In this document: in pieces, positions 34,413-48,304 of the stretch
Layout of the letters: each line of letters opens with the position of its first letter
Numbering within the stretch: the first letter of the stretch is position 1
NCBI GenBank assembly: GCA_963776455.1
Contig: CAVZMU010000001.1
Location: 97,736-161,735, forward strand
Source of the DNA: an uncultured Alphaproteobacteria bacterium
GTDB lineage: Bacteria > Pseudomonadota > Alphaproteobacteria > Rhizobiales > Xanthobacteraceae
Length of the DNA stretch: 64,000 nt
Direction of reading: 5' to 3'
Position numbers and translations under genes: made by a program
Notes under the pieces: model-generated
Databases searched by the model: none
Told to the model about the DNA's origin: nothing
What the model saw: the letters and a program-made list of their open reading frames with translations, nothing else

Positions 34413-34488
34413 CCGGTAAGTTTCCAGCCTCACGGTAAGGAGCGTCGCAAAGCGACGCATTCTCAACCAATGATTGTGTGCCAATCTA

Positions 34489-35711
<1,223 letters not shown>

Positions 35712-35830
35712 CTCGCGCTCCTTCAATCGTCGGCGTGTCGCCGATCATAGCGGAATTCCGGCAGCCATCCACCGCATTGCCTGCCGGGCCGCTCTTCGCT
35801 AACCCCATGCGGCCCCGGGAGGTTCATGCC

Positions 35831-36607
<777 letters not shown>

Positions 36608-36698
36608 CCGTTGTGTGAGGGAGTTCACACTCGGTTAGCCAATACCGAGTTAGTAAAAATACGGGTCTGCCCTCACAGGCGGCCTCACCGACACCTCC

Positions 36699-36734
36699 AG
36701 TCCCGCGTTCCCTCCAGGGATGCGGGACTTTTTT
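36699..36734 (+). terminator. Rho-independent terminator downstream of the enoyl-CoA hydratase gene
   Basis: 8-bp stem AGTCCCGC/GCGGGACT with an inner TCCCT/AGGGA extension, followed by TTTTTT (36729-36734). Confidence 0.8.
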
Positions 36735-36754
36735 GCGGTCAAGCGACCATCGGC

Positions 36755-38107
36755 CTAGCGTCGCGCGCAGATCACGCGCAGGACGGACCGCTTCGCGGCC
36801 TCGATGCCGGCAGCGCCGGCCGTCACGGCCTCGATTTTCTGGCTGCCGAGAAACGCCCGGATCGTGTCGCCGGGCACCATCTGCGCCTGCGCGACGACCG
36901 ATGGCGGACCCGCCATCTGGGCCGGCTTGAGCTGCGCGATGCCGGCCAGCCGGCCCTGCGCATCGAGCGCGGCGGCGCCGGAAAAGCCCAGCGCCGGCGC
37001 CGGCTCCAGCGCGCCATTGTCGCCGACGCGGACGCGGACGCTCGTTGGCGCACTGCCGCCGCCTTGGGCTTGCGGATCGGCGATGCCGACCAGCGTCACG
37101 TCGGTGGCCTTTGCGTCGCCAAGCGCAATCGGCACGAGATCGCGCGCGCCATAGACGCGCAGCAGCGCGAGGTCGGCAGCCTTGTCCTCCGCCACCACGT
37201 CGGCGCCGCCGCAGCCCCGGGATGGTGACGACGTAGCAGCCTTCCGTCACCTGCCGGTCCGCCAGTACGTAGCCGGCGCCGCTGACGACGACGCCGGTGC
37301 CGTAATCGACCTTGCGCTTGGGCGGCGGCCCCGCGATCGCGCCGCTCGGGAACGCCTGGTAGGCTCCGGAGATAGCGATCACGACTGGCTCATGATGCCT
37401 TCCATGGCCTGGTCGTAGAGGATGGTGACGCCGCGCACCTCGTCGCCCCGCACCTGGGCCCGCACGTAGAATTTCTTCAGGCCCTGCAGGCCGGACAGCA
37501 CGAAGAAGTCGGGGCGCAGCACGCTGTAGGCGACATTGCGGTCGGCCGGCTCCTTCTTCTGCTTGTCGAACACCGCGCCAGCGTCGTGTTCGGCTCGACG
37601 ATCCGGAATGTCTCGATCTGCACCTCGCCGCGCGCCGAGCTCCAGCGGGTGCCGTCCTTGCTGCCGACGGAGGTCGGCGCCAGCTTCAACGGGATGCCGA
37701 CGCGGCGCCGGTCGTCGTCGGATCGTCGATGATGCGCCAGCCGACCGCGTCCTGCTTGGTCTTGGCAGAGGCGGCGAGGGCGGCGCGCTCCGGCGCGGTG
37801 AGGATGCCGGTTTCCTTGCCGCCGTTGCGCTTCTGGAACGTCTTCACGGCGGCGACCGCGCGCTCGCCGAAGTCGCGCTCGGCACGCCGTTGAAGTCGCC
37901 GGTCCAGATCAGGTCGGCCTGGATCGCGATCTGTCGGCGGCCGGCATGGCGCGCATAGATCGCGACGACCGGATTGCGTTTGGGTGCGGCCTTCTTGGCG
38001 GGTGACGCCTGCTTCTTGGCGGCATCCGCCGGCGCCTCCTGCGCGCCTGCAGCACAGGTCAGGGTCATACCGACCGACAGCGCCAGCAGGATGGTGACCA
38101 ACCGCAT
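36755..38107 (-). pseudogene. Secreted protein with peptidoglycan-binding domain and trypsin-like serine protease domain, frame-disrupted
   Basis: Signal peptide MRLVTILLALSVGMTLTCAAGAQE; PG_binding-like AVKTFQKRNGGKETGILTAPERAAL; middle FYVRAQVRGDEVRGVTILYDQAM; C-terminal protease-like GTGVVVSGAGYVLADRQV...DLALLRV...GFSGAAALDAQGRLAGIA. At least 5 frame changes. Confidence 0.65.
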
Positions 38108-38217
38108 GCATGCCCCCTCGCAAGTTCAGGCGGACCCTAGCCGATGCATCGCATCGCGCCAATGCGCGAGGCTTGACGCGCATTGTGCCCAGGCATGATG
38201 ACAGTCGCGGAGGCCAG

Positions 38218-39026
38218 ATGCTGACACCCGACGAACTCGAACGCTATGCCCGCCACATCGTGCTGCGCGAGGTCGGCGGCCCGGGACAGGCCGCGCTGAA
38301 GACGCGCGCGCGTGCTGGTGGTCGGCGCCGGCGGGCTCGGCGCGCCGGTGCTGATGTATCTCGCGGCGGCCGGCGTCGGCACGCTCGGCGTCGTCGACGA
38401 CGACATGGTGTCGCTGTCCAATCTGCAGCGCCAGGTCATCCACGCGGACGCCCGACATCGGCGCGCCCGAAGGTCGAGAGCGCCGCCGCCGCGATCGCGC
38501 GGCTCAATCCGCATGTCGCGGTCGAGACGCATCCGGTGCGGCTGACGGCGGCGAATGCGCTCGATCTGATCGGCCGCTACGACCTCGTCGCCGACGGCTC
38601 GGACAATTTCGCCACCCGCTATCTGGTGTCGGATGCGTGCTATTTCGCCAGGAGGCCGCTGGTCACCGGCGGCGGTCGGCACCTTCGACGGCACGCTCAC
38701 GACGATCCGCGCGCATGAGACGCGGCGCCGGACGGCCGACCGAATCCGACCTATCGCTGCCTGTTTCCCGAGCCGCCGCCCGCCGGCACCGTGCCGGCCT
38801 GCGCGGAGGCCGGCATTCTCGGCGCGCTGCACCGGCGTGGTCGGCTCGCTGATGGCGCTGGAGGTGATCCGCGAGATCGTCGGCTTCGGCGAGGGCCTGG
38901 TCGGCCGCCTGCTGATGATCGACGCGCGCGCGATGCGGTTCGAGACGCTCGGCTATGCGTGGGATCCGGCGCAATCCGCTGTCGGGCGAGCATCCGACGA
39001 TCACGGATTTGTCGATGCACGTGTAG
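38218..39026 (+). pseudogene. HesA/MoeB/ThiF family adenylyltransferase, frame-disrupted
   Basis: [121 protein letters not shown] are spread over three frames (at least 5 changes). Confidence 0.8.
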
Positions 39027-39089
39027 TCCTGAGTGCACATGGTGAGCCCGCTGCGTAGTGCGCCGGGACACCGCGCAATCAGCCGGCCG

Positions 39090-39462
39090 TCACTTCGTCC
39101 ACACCGCCACGATCGTCGCGCCTTGCATCACCGACCATTTGTTGTCGTTGTCGCGTTCACGAGCGTGAAGCAGTTCGGCTTGCTGCCCTTCCAGGTGGTG
39201 CAGAAGCCGTCCTTCGACAGCTTCCAGGTGCCTTCGCCCTTGGCGCCGGCCTTGTCCGGCGGCTCGCGCGTCGACCTTGCCGTCCGGCCGTGAACATCAT
39301 CTTGAATTTGATGCCCGACGGCGTCGACGGCGGTGAACGGCTGGCCGTTGAAGAACGTCGGTCTGGATTTCGTTCGGCGCCAGCTTGGTCGGCGGCGGCA
39401 CCGCGCGAGCGCCTGTCAGCAGCCCAGCAGCGATTGCGACGCTCGTGACGCGATGCACGCAT
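39090..39462 (-). pseudogene. Small hypothetical exported protein, frame-disrupted
   Basis: GGGAGGA SD, then ATG 39460-39462 (MRASR), signal-like VTSVAIAAGLLTGARA, then GEGTWKLSKDGFCTTWKGSKPNCFTLV and DNKWSVMQGATIVAVWTK in different frames (at least 3 changes). Confidence 0.4.
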
Positions 39463-39573
39463 CGTCGATCCTCCCACCATCGAATCCGGCTGCGCATCAT
39501 ACGACAGATCACGGCGTCCCGCAGAACTTCGCAAAACTCGGGACTGCGGCGCGATGTCGCTGATGCGGCTTGA

Positions 39574-40000
39574 TCAGTTCGGGCAGGGGCCGAGGCAGAA
39601 CTCGACGCCGTCGCTGTTGCGGTAGCGGCTGCGGTCGACAGCCGCTCGTAGGTCGACGCAGCGCCGCTTGTCGGTCGCGATCGTGCGGCGTTGCGGCGGC
39701 AGATTTTCCCGGTCGTCGCGCTCCCACACGCCGCGCACCACAAGGCCGGCGCCGGCCAGGATCGCGGTGCCGTCCGGCAGATGCACCGTGCACAGCGCCT
39801 TGCCGGCGAGCGGCCCGGTCGTCGGCGTGCCGCACAGCGGAACGCCGACCAGCTCGCGGCGGAATTCGTCGACCGTCAGGGTCTGGCCATGCGCGGCGCT
39901 GTCACTGGGTCGAGGCGGCGACTGCGCGCCAGCGACCGACGACCGACCAGGCGAGAAGACCGGCCACGACAGCGAACCGGAACGGAAACGGGCAATTCAT
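39574..40000 (-). pseudogene. Small hypothetical exported Cys-containing protein, one frame change near 39925
   Basis: MNCPFPFRFAVVAGLLAWSVVGRW (signal-like), then after the shift TLTVDEFRRELVGVPLCGTPTTGPLAGKALCTVHLPDGTAILAGAGLVVRGVWE...GVEFCLGPCPN. Confidence 0.4.
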
Positions 40001-40015
40001 GAAAGACGATCCGCC

Positions 40016-41029
40016 TCACAGCATCGACGGCAGCACGCGGTCCGGCGGCCTGTGGCCGTCGATGAAGGTCTTGATGTTGATGATGACCTTCTCGCCCATG
40101 TCGATGCGGCCTTCGATCGTGGCCGAGCCCATATGCGGCAGCAGCACGACCTTGCCGGCGCGCGGCGAGCTTGACGCAGCTTCGGGTTGACGGCCGGCTC
40201 GTGCTCGAACACGTCGAGGCCGGCGCCGGCGATCTCGCCCGCCTCGAGCATGCGGGTCGAGCGCGTTCTCGTCGATCACCTCGCCGCGCGCGGTGTTGAC
40301 GACATAGGCCTCGCGGCCGCATCAGCTTGAGGCGGCGCGCCGAGAGCAGATGATAGGTCGCCGGCGTGTGCGGGCAATTGACCGAGATGATGTCCATGCG
40401 CGCCAGCATCTGGTCGAGGCTTTCCCAATAGGTCGCCTCGAGCTCTTCCTCGATCTGCGCCGGCGACGCGGCGGCGGTTGTGATAGTGGATCTGCAGGCC
40501 GAAGGCCTGGCGCGGCGCGCCACCGCCTGGCCGATGCGGCCCATGCCGATGATGCCGAGCCGCTTGCCCCAGATGCGGTGGCCGAGCATCCAGGTCGGCG
40601 ACCAGCCGCGCCCATTCGCTTGTCGCCGGTCAGCATCGACCGCGCCCTCGACGAGCCGGCGCGGCACCGCGAGGATCAGCGCCATCGTCATGTCGGCGGT
40701 GTCCTCGGTGAGCACGCCCGGCGTGTTGGTGACGGTGATGCCGCGCTGCGAGCGCGGTCGCGACGTCGATATTGTCGACGCCGTTGCCGAAATTGGCGAT
40801 CAGCTTGAGCTGCTCGCCCGGCCTGGCTCGAGCACCGCGGCGTCGATCCGGTCGGTGACGGTCGGCACCAGCACGTCGGCCGTCCTTCACCGCCTCGACG
40901 AGCTCGGCCTGGCGTCATCGGCTTGTCGTCGAGATTGAGCCGCGCGTCGAACAGTTCGCGCATGCGCGTCTCGACGGCGTCCGGCAGCTTGCGCGTGACG
41001 ACGACCAGCGGCTTTTTGCCTTTTGCCAT
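40016..41029 (-). pseudogene. D-isomer-specific 2-hydroxyacid dehydrogenase (glyoxylate/hydroxypyruvate reductase-like), heavily frame-disrupted
   Basis: MAKGKKPLVVVTRKLPDAVETRMRELFDARLN, IANFGNGVDNIDV, LTEDTADMTMALILAVPRRL, GKRLGIIGMGRIGQAVARRA (NAD fold), MDIISVNCPHTPATYHLLSARRLKLM, AGAGLDVFEHEP, LLPHMGSATIEGRIDMG. At least 7 frame changes. Confidence 0.8.
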
Positions 41030-41262
41030 TTCCTCGCCTCTCGGCGCTCCGCGGCGGTGCCGCATCCGGACGGCGTGCCGAATTCGCCGGCCGTTCAGGC
41101 CTCTTTAACCGCGCCGGCGCGAAACTCGCGAGCTTCCGGCGCGGGCGGCAACCCGGCCTCTCTCTATCAGATGGCCGGGCCAAGACAAAGCGGCGACGCG
41201 ACGCGGCACGGTGCGCGGATCGCGGATCACGGCGCGCTGGCGTCGGCTCGAGTTGCGGTGCG

Positions 41263-41780
41263 ATGTCTGGCGCGTGCGCGGCTGTGGCGGTCTCGGTGCT
41301 GGCGCTGCGCCGGCGGCCGATGCGGCCGCGAGCCGGCAGCGGACCAGCGGACTGCCGGTGCCGCGCTTCGTCAGCCTGAAGTCCGACAAGGTCAACGTGC
41401 GCGCCGGTCCGACCAAGGACCACGACGTGACCTGGGTCTATACCCGCTCCGGCCTGCCGGTCGAGATCACCGCCGAGTTCGAGAACTGGCGCCGCATCCG
41501 CGACTGGGAAGGCGCGGAGGGCTGGGTCTATCACTCGCTGCTGTCGGGCCGGCGCACCGCGCTGGTCGCCCCGAGTCGCAAGGCCAAGGACGAGCTGCTG
41601 CCGCTGCTACGACAAGCCGGACGACCAGAGCGGCGTCGTCGCGCAAGCTGCAGCCCGGCGTGCTCGGCGCGGTGAAGCGCTGCACCGGAACGCTGGTGCC
41701 GCATCACCGGCGACGGCTTCGACGGCTGGATCGAGCAGGAGCGCCTGTGGGGCGTCTATCCGGACGAGAAGGTGGAGTGA
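41263..41780 (+). pseudogene. Bacterial SH3-like domain protein (exported), frame-disrupted
   Basis: MSGACAAVAVSVLAL (signal), then SGLPVPRFVSLKSDKVNVRAGPTKDHDVTWVYTRSGLPVEITAEFENWRRIRDWEGAEGWVYHSLLSG, then ITGDGFDGWIEQERLWGVYPDEKVE. At least 3 frame changes. Confidence 0.65.
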
Positions 41781-41819
41781 GGGCATCAGCCGCGAAAGAC
41801 GCGGCGAGCGCCGGAACGC

Positions 41820-42335
41820 TCAATCCTTCTTCTTGCAGCCGCACGACCACGTCGACGCGGGCGATCTCGTAGCCCTCGGGCGGCGATCGGCATCTTGCCG
41901 ACGATCACCTCGGCGCCCGGAATGTCGACGAGCGCGTTCTCGCCCTCGACGAAGAAGTGATGATGCTCGCGACACATTGGTGTCGAAATAGGTCTTCGAG
42001 CCGTCGACCGCGACCTGCCGCAGCAGCCCGACCTCGGTGAACTGGTGCAGCGTGTTGTAGACGGTCGCGAGCGACACCGGCACCTTGGCCGGGTCGCCTC
42101 CTCGTAGAGCATCTCGGCGGTGAGGTGGCGGTCGCCCTTGGCGAACAGGATCCAGCCGAGCGCCATGCGCTGGCGCGTCGGCCGCAGGCCCACGTCGCGC
42201 AGCATCGCCTTGACGTCGTGCCAGGGGCAGCCGGTCAGCGCGGCACGTGAAACATGGTCCCGCCGAAGGTCGATCGGCGGCTCGATCGATGCTCGAAATC
42301 ACTACGGCGCGCGTCTGGGTCATATCCTCGGCCAT
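41820..42335 (-). pseudogene. irr: Fur-family iron response regulator Irr, frame-disrupted
   Basis: LTGCPWHDVKAMLRDVGLRPTRQRMALGWILFAKGDRHLTAEMLYEEA, KVPVSLATVYNTLHQFTEVGLLRQVAVDGSKTYFDTNV, HHHFFVEGENALVDIPG, PEGYEIARVDVVVRLQ and KKD-stop are each in a different local frame (at least 5 changes in 0.5 kb). Confidence 0.82.
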
Positions 42336-42519
42336 GCTTTCCTGACCATCTGGGTCAAGATCGGATCGTTGCAGGCGGGATCATATCCGAGGTGACCCCG
42401 GTGATGCAACTGCTTCGCAACAAACCGGGTCAGAACACGCCGCCGACCGGCGCTTTGCCCTCCCGATCGCCTATGTTAGGAGATATCCGTCCAATGCAGG
42501 CCGATTCCGAGGAGTGACG

Positions 42520-43053
42520 ATGCAAGAGCGGCGCCCGAGCTTCGATTACGAGGACCTGCTCGCCTGCGGCCGCGGCGAACTGTTCGGCGACGGCAATGCC
42601 CAGCTGCCGCTGCCGCCGATGCTGATGTTCGACCGCATTCCCGAGATCGCCGAGGCCGGCGGCGAATACGGCAAGGGGCTGGTGCGGGCGGACCTCGATC
42701 TCAAGCCGGACCTCTGGTTTTTCCCCTGCCATTTCAAGGGCGACCCGGTGATGCCGGGCTGCCTCGGGCTCGACGCGCTGTGGCAGCTGCTGGGCTTCTT
42801 CCTCGGCTGGCTCGGCGCGCCCGGCAAGGGCCGCGCGCTCGGCGTCGGCGAGGTCAAGTTCTCCGGCCAGGTCCTGCCGACCGTGAAGAAGGTCGTCTAC
42901 GGCATCGACATCAAGCGCGTGATGCGCTCCAAGCTGGTGCTCGGCATCGCCGACGGCTGGCTCTCGGCCGACGGCAAGGTCATCTATCAGGCCAAGGACC
43001 TGAAGGTCGGCCTGTTCCGGCAGGACGCCGCCCTGCAGACCAGCGGCGCCTGA
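42520..43053 (+). CDS. fabA: 3-hydroxydecanoyl-ACP dehydratase/isomerase
   Basis: Intact. GAGGAG SD 5 nt upstream of ATG 42520; [23 protein letters not shown]...[27 protein letters not shown] (FabA active-site His region). Confidence 0.92.
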   Translation: MQERRPSFDYEDLLACGRGELFGDGNAQLPLPPMLMFDRIPEIAEAGGEYGKGLVRADLDLKPDLWFFPCHFKGDPVMPGCLGLDALWQLLGFFLGWLGAPGKGRALGVGEVKFSGQVLPTVKKVVYGIDIKRVMRSKLVLGIADGWLSADGKVIYQAKDLKVGLFRQDAALQTSGA

Positions 43054-43140
43054 CGCGACCCCGATATTTCGATCGAGCGCGGCCGTTCCAGCAACAGACC
43101 GCGCCGGCTGCGGCGCCAACGATGCGGACGAGGATAAAAC

Positions 43141-44363
43141 ATGAGACGGGTCGTCGTCACCGGGATGGGCATCGTCTCGTCCATCGGCAACAACACCCAG
43201 GAAGTGCTGGCGAGCCTGCACGAGGCCAAGTCCGGCATCGTGCGCGCCGACAAATACGCCGAGCTCGGCTTCCGCTGCCAGGTGCACGGCGCGCCGACGC
43301 TCGATCCCTCGGAGACGGTCGATCGCCGCGCGATGCGCTTCCTCGGCGACGGCGCGGCCTGGAACCACGTCGCCATGGAGCAGGCGATCCGCGACTCCGG
43401 CCTCGAGACAGGGCGAAGTCTCGCAACGAGCGCACCGGCATCATCATGGGCTCGGGCGGCCCGTCGACCCGCACCATCGTGGAGGCCGCCGACACCACGC
43501 GCAGCAAAGGGCCCAAGCGCGTCGGCCCGTTCGCGGTGCCGAAGGCGATGTCGTCGACCGCCTCGGCGACGCTCGCCACCTGGTTCAAGATCAAGGGCGT
43601 CAACTATTCGATCTCGTCGGCCTGCGCGACCTCCAACCATTGCATCGGCAATGCCGCCGAGATCGATCCAGCTGGGGCAAGCAGGACATGATCTTCGCCG
43701 GCGGCTGCGAGGAACTCGACTGGACGCTGTCGGTGCTGTTCGACGCCATGGGGGCGATGTCGTCGAAATACAACGAGACCCCGGACAAGGCCTCGCGCGC
43801 CTATGACGCGAACCGCGACGGCTTCGTCATCGCCGGCGGCGCCGGCGTGCTGGTGCTGGAAGAGCTCGAACACGCCAAGGCGCGCGGCGCGCGGATCTAC
43901 GCCGAGGTCGCCGGCTATGGCGCGACCTCGGACGGCTACGACATGGTGGCGCCGTCGGGCGAGGGCGCGGTGCGCTGCATGAAGATGGCGCTGGCGACCG
44001 TCAAGGCCCCGATCGACTACATCAATCCGCACGCGACCTCGACGCCGGTCGGCGACCTCAAGGAGATCGAGGCGATCCGCGAGGTGTTCGGCGACAAGTG
44101 CCCGCCGATCTCGGCGACCAAGTCGCTGACCGGCCATTCGCTCGGCGCCGCCGGCGTGCAGGAGGCGATCTATTCGCTGCTGATGATGAACAACGGCTTC
44201 ATCTGCGAGAGCGCCAACATCGAGACCATCGATCCGGCTGTTCGCCGACATGCCGATCGTGCGCGAGCGCCGCGACAACGTCGACGTCGACTGCGTGCTG
44301 TCCAATTCCTTCGGCTTTGGCGGCACCAACGCGTCGGTCGTGTTCAAGCAGCTGGACGCGTGA
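43141..44363 (+). pseudogene. fabB: Beta-ketoacyl-ACP synthase I; three frame changes
   Basis: [18 protein letters not shown]...; [18 protein letters not shown] (active-site Cys); [12 protein letters not shown]; [11 protein letters not shown]; [14 protein letters not shown]. Shifts near 43410, 43665 and 44240. Confidence 0.88.
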
Positions 44364-45186
44364 TGGCAGGTTTGATGGAGGGCAAGCGCGGCCTCATCAT
44401 GGGGGTCGCCAACGACCATTCGATCGCCTGGGGCATCGCCAAGACGCTCGCGGCCCACGGCGCGAAGCTCGCCTTCACCTATCAGGGCGAGGCGCTCGGC
44501 AAGCGCGTGAAGCCGCTCGCGCAATCGGTCGGCTCGACCATGGTGCTGCCCTGCGACGTCGAGGACATCGCGTCGGTCGACGCGGTGTTCGGCGAGATCG
44601 GGAAGCAATGGGGCACGCTCGATTTCCTCGTTCACGCCATCGCGTTCTCCGACAAGAACGAGCTCAAGGGCCGCTACGCCGACACCACGCGCGAGAATTT
44701 CACGCGCACCATGGTGATCTCCTGCTTCTCCTTCACCGAGGTCGCCAAGCGCGCGGCCGCACTGATGCCGAACGGCGGCGCGATGGTGACGCTGACCTAT
44801 AATGGCGGCGAGCGCGCGATGCCGAACTACAACGTCATGGGCGTGGCCAAGGCGGCGCTGGAAGCCTCGGTGCGCTATCTGGCGGTCGATTTCGGCTCCG
44901 CGGCGCATCCGCGTCAACGCGATCTCGGCCGGTCCGATCCGCACGCTCGCCGGCGCCGGCATCGGCGATGCGCGGCTACATGTTCGCGTTCCAGCAGCGT
45001 CACTCGCCGCTCGGCCGCGGCGTCACGCTCGAGGAGCTCGGCGGCGCCGGGCTCTATCTGGTGTCGGATCTGTCGACCGGCGTGACCGGCGAAATCCATT
45101 TCGTCGATTCCGGCTACAACATCATCACCATGCCGCATCCGGATGCGCTTCGCGTCGACGGTGAAGCCAGAAACCCCGCGCCGTGA
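44363..45186 (+). pseudogene. fabI: Enoyl-ACP reductase (NADH); two frame changes
   Basis: The ATG overlaps the fabB TGA by 1 nt. [27 protein letters not shown]...[14 protein letters not shown]...[22 protein letters not shown]; then [15 protein letters not shown]; then [40 protein letters not shown]. Shifts near 44900 and 44975. Confidence 0.88.
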
Positions 45187-45285
45187 GCCTCTACGCGCCG
45201 GTTTAAGCGCCCGCGCGCGCCGAGCGGGTCTGGGCGGCCAAATGCCCGGCCGCCGCGAGGCTCAAAACGTAGGTTTTCCAATTCC

Positions 45286-45315
45286 AAAACGAAAAGGGCG
45301 GCCAGCCGGCCGCCC
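45286..45315 (-). terminator. Rho-independent terminator after pnp
   Basis: Perfect 8-bp GC stem GGGCGGCC/GGCCGCCC with a 4-nt loop (45296-45315). On the minus strand it is followed by TTTTCGTTTT. It starts about 33 nt after the reconstructed pnp stop. Confidence 0.75.
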
Positions 45316-45347
45316 CTCACACGTCAATCAAAAACCTTACGGCCGGA

Positions 45348-47508
<2,161 letters not shown>

Positions 47509-47756
47509 ATTGGTCTTCTTTCATGGTTTTCGCGAACGGGCGAAAGCCATGAGCAAGACGGCGAGAGGCCGCCGCGCGCCTGGGGCGCTGCGAAGGCAGC
47601 ATCCGGCGATCCTGCCATGGCTTTCGAACCTTTCGTCGGTTCGCCCGGACGCGTCGCCCGGGATGTGGCCGGCGGCCTGGGACCGCCGGACTCAAAACGC
47701 GAACGCAAAGCGCGCTCGCTCCGCTACACGCGCGGGAAGTTCCCGCGCGAACAAAC
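47509..47756 (-). promoter_or_regulatory. Highly structured rpsO-pnp intergenic region / pnp 5' leader
   Basis: Perfect 9-bp hairpin 47729-47749 just after the rpsO stop. Perfect 11-bp long-range pairing 47541-47551 with 47616-47626. Competing 13-position hairpin 47521-47552 ending 12 nt before the pnp ATG. Confidence 0.6.
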
Positions 47757-48027
47757 TTACCGGCGGATACCAAGCCGCTCGATCAGGGTCTTGTAACGCC
47801 CCTCGTCGGAGCGCTTCACGTAATCGAGCAACTGCCGGCGCTTCGACACCATCTTCAGGAGTCCGCGCCGGGAATGGTTGTCCTTCACATGCGCCTTTGA
47901 AATGCTCGGTGAGGTTGGTGATGCGTTCCGACAGGATCGCCACCTGCACCTCCGGCGACCCGGTATCGCCGGACTTGGTTCCGTATTCCTTGATAAGCTC
48001 TGCCTTGCGGCTGGTCGTGACCGACAT
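47757..48027 (-). pseudogene. rpsO: 30S ribosomal protein S15 (uS15); one frame change near 47895
   Basis: [44 protein letters not shown], then in another frame [44 protein letters not shown]. Confidence 0.9.
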
Positions 48028-48304
48028 CGGGTTATCCTTGATTTGGGGGTTGGGCGGCGGGGCTGGCCCGAATGGCCATTCCCTGTCCGCGTTTCGGCCG
48101 TGCCGGGATGTCGTCCAGCACGGTCGTTTGAACAACGCAGGCGTGGAGCCATCCCGCGTCGGCGCTGCCTCATAGCAAAACCCGCAAAATAAGGCCAGCT
48201 TATTTGCGAGACATATGGCCGGTCCGGATTTCGGTTCCCGTCTCTCCTTGAACCAGCGACCGCAGAACACGACTAATGTTCGCACCACACGGAAGGAAAT
48301 GCCA

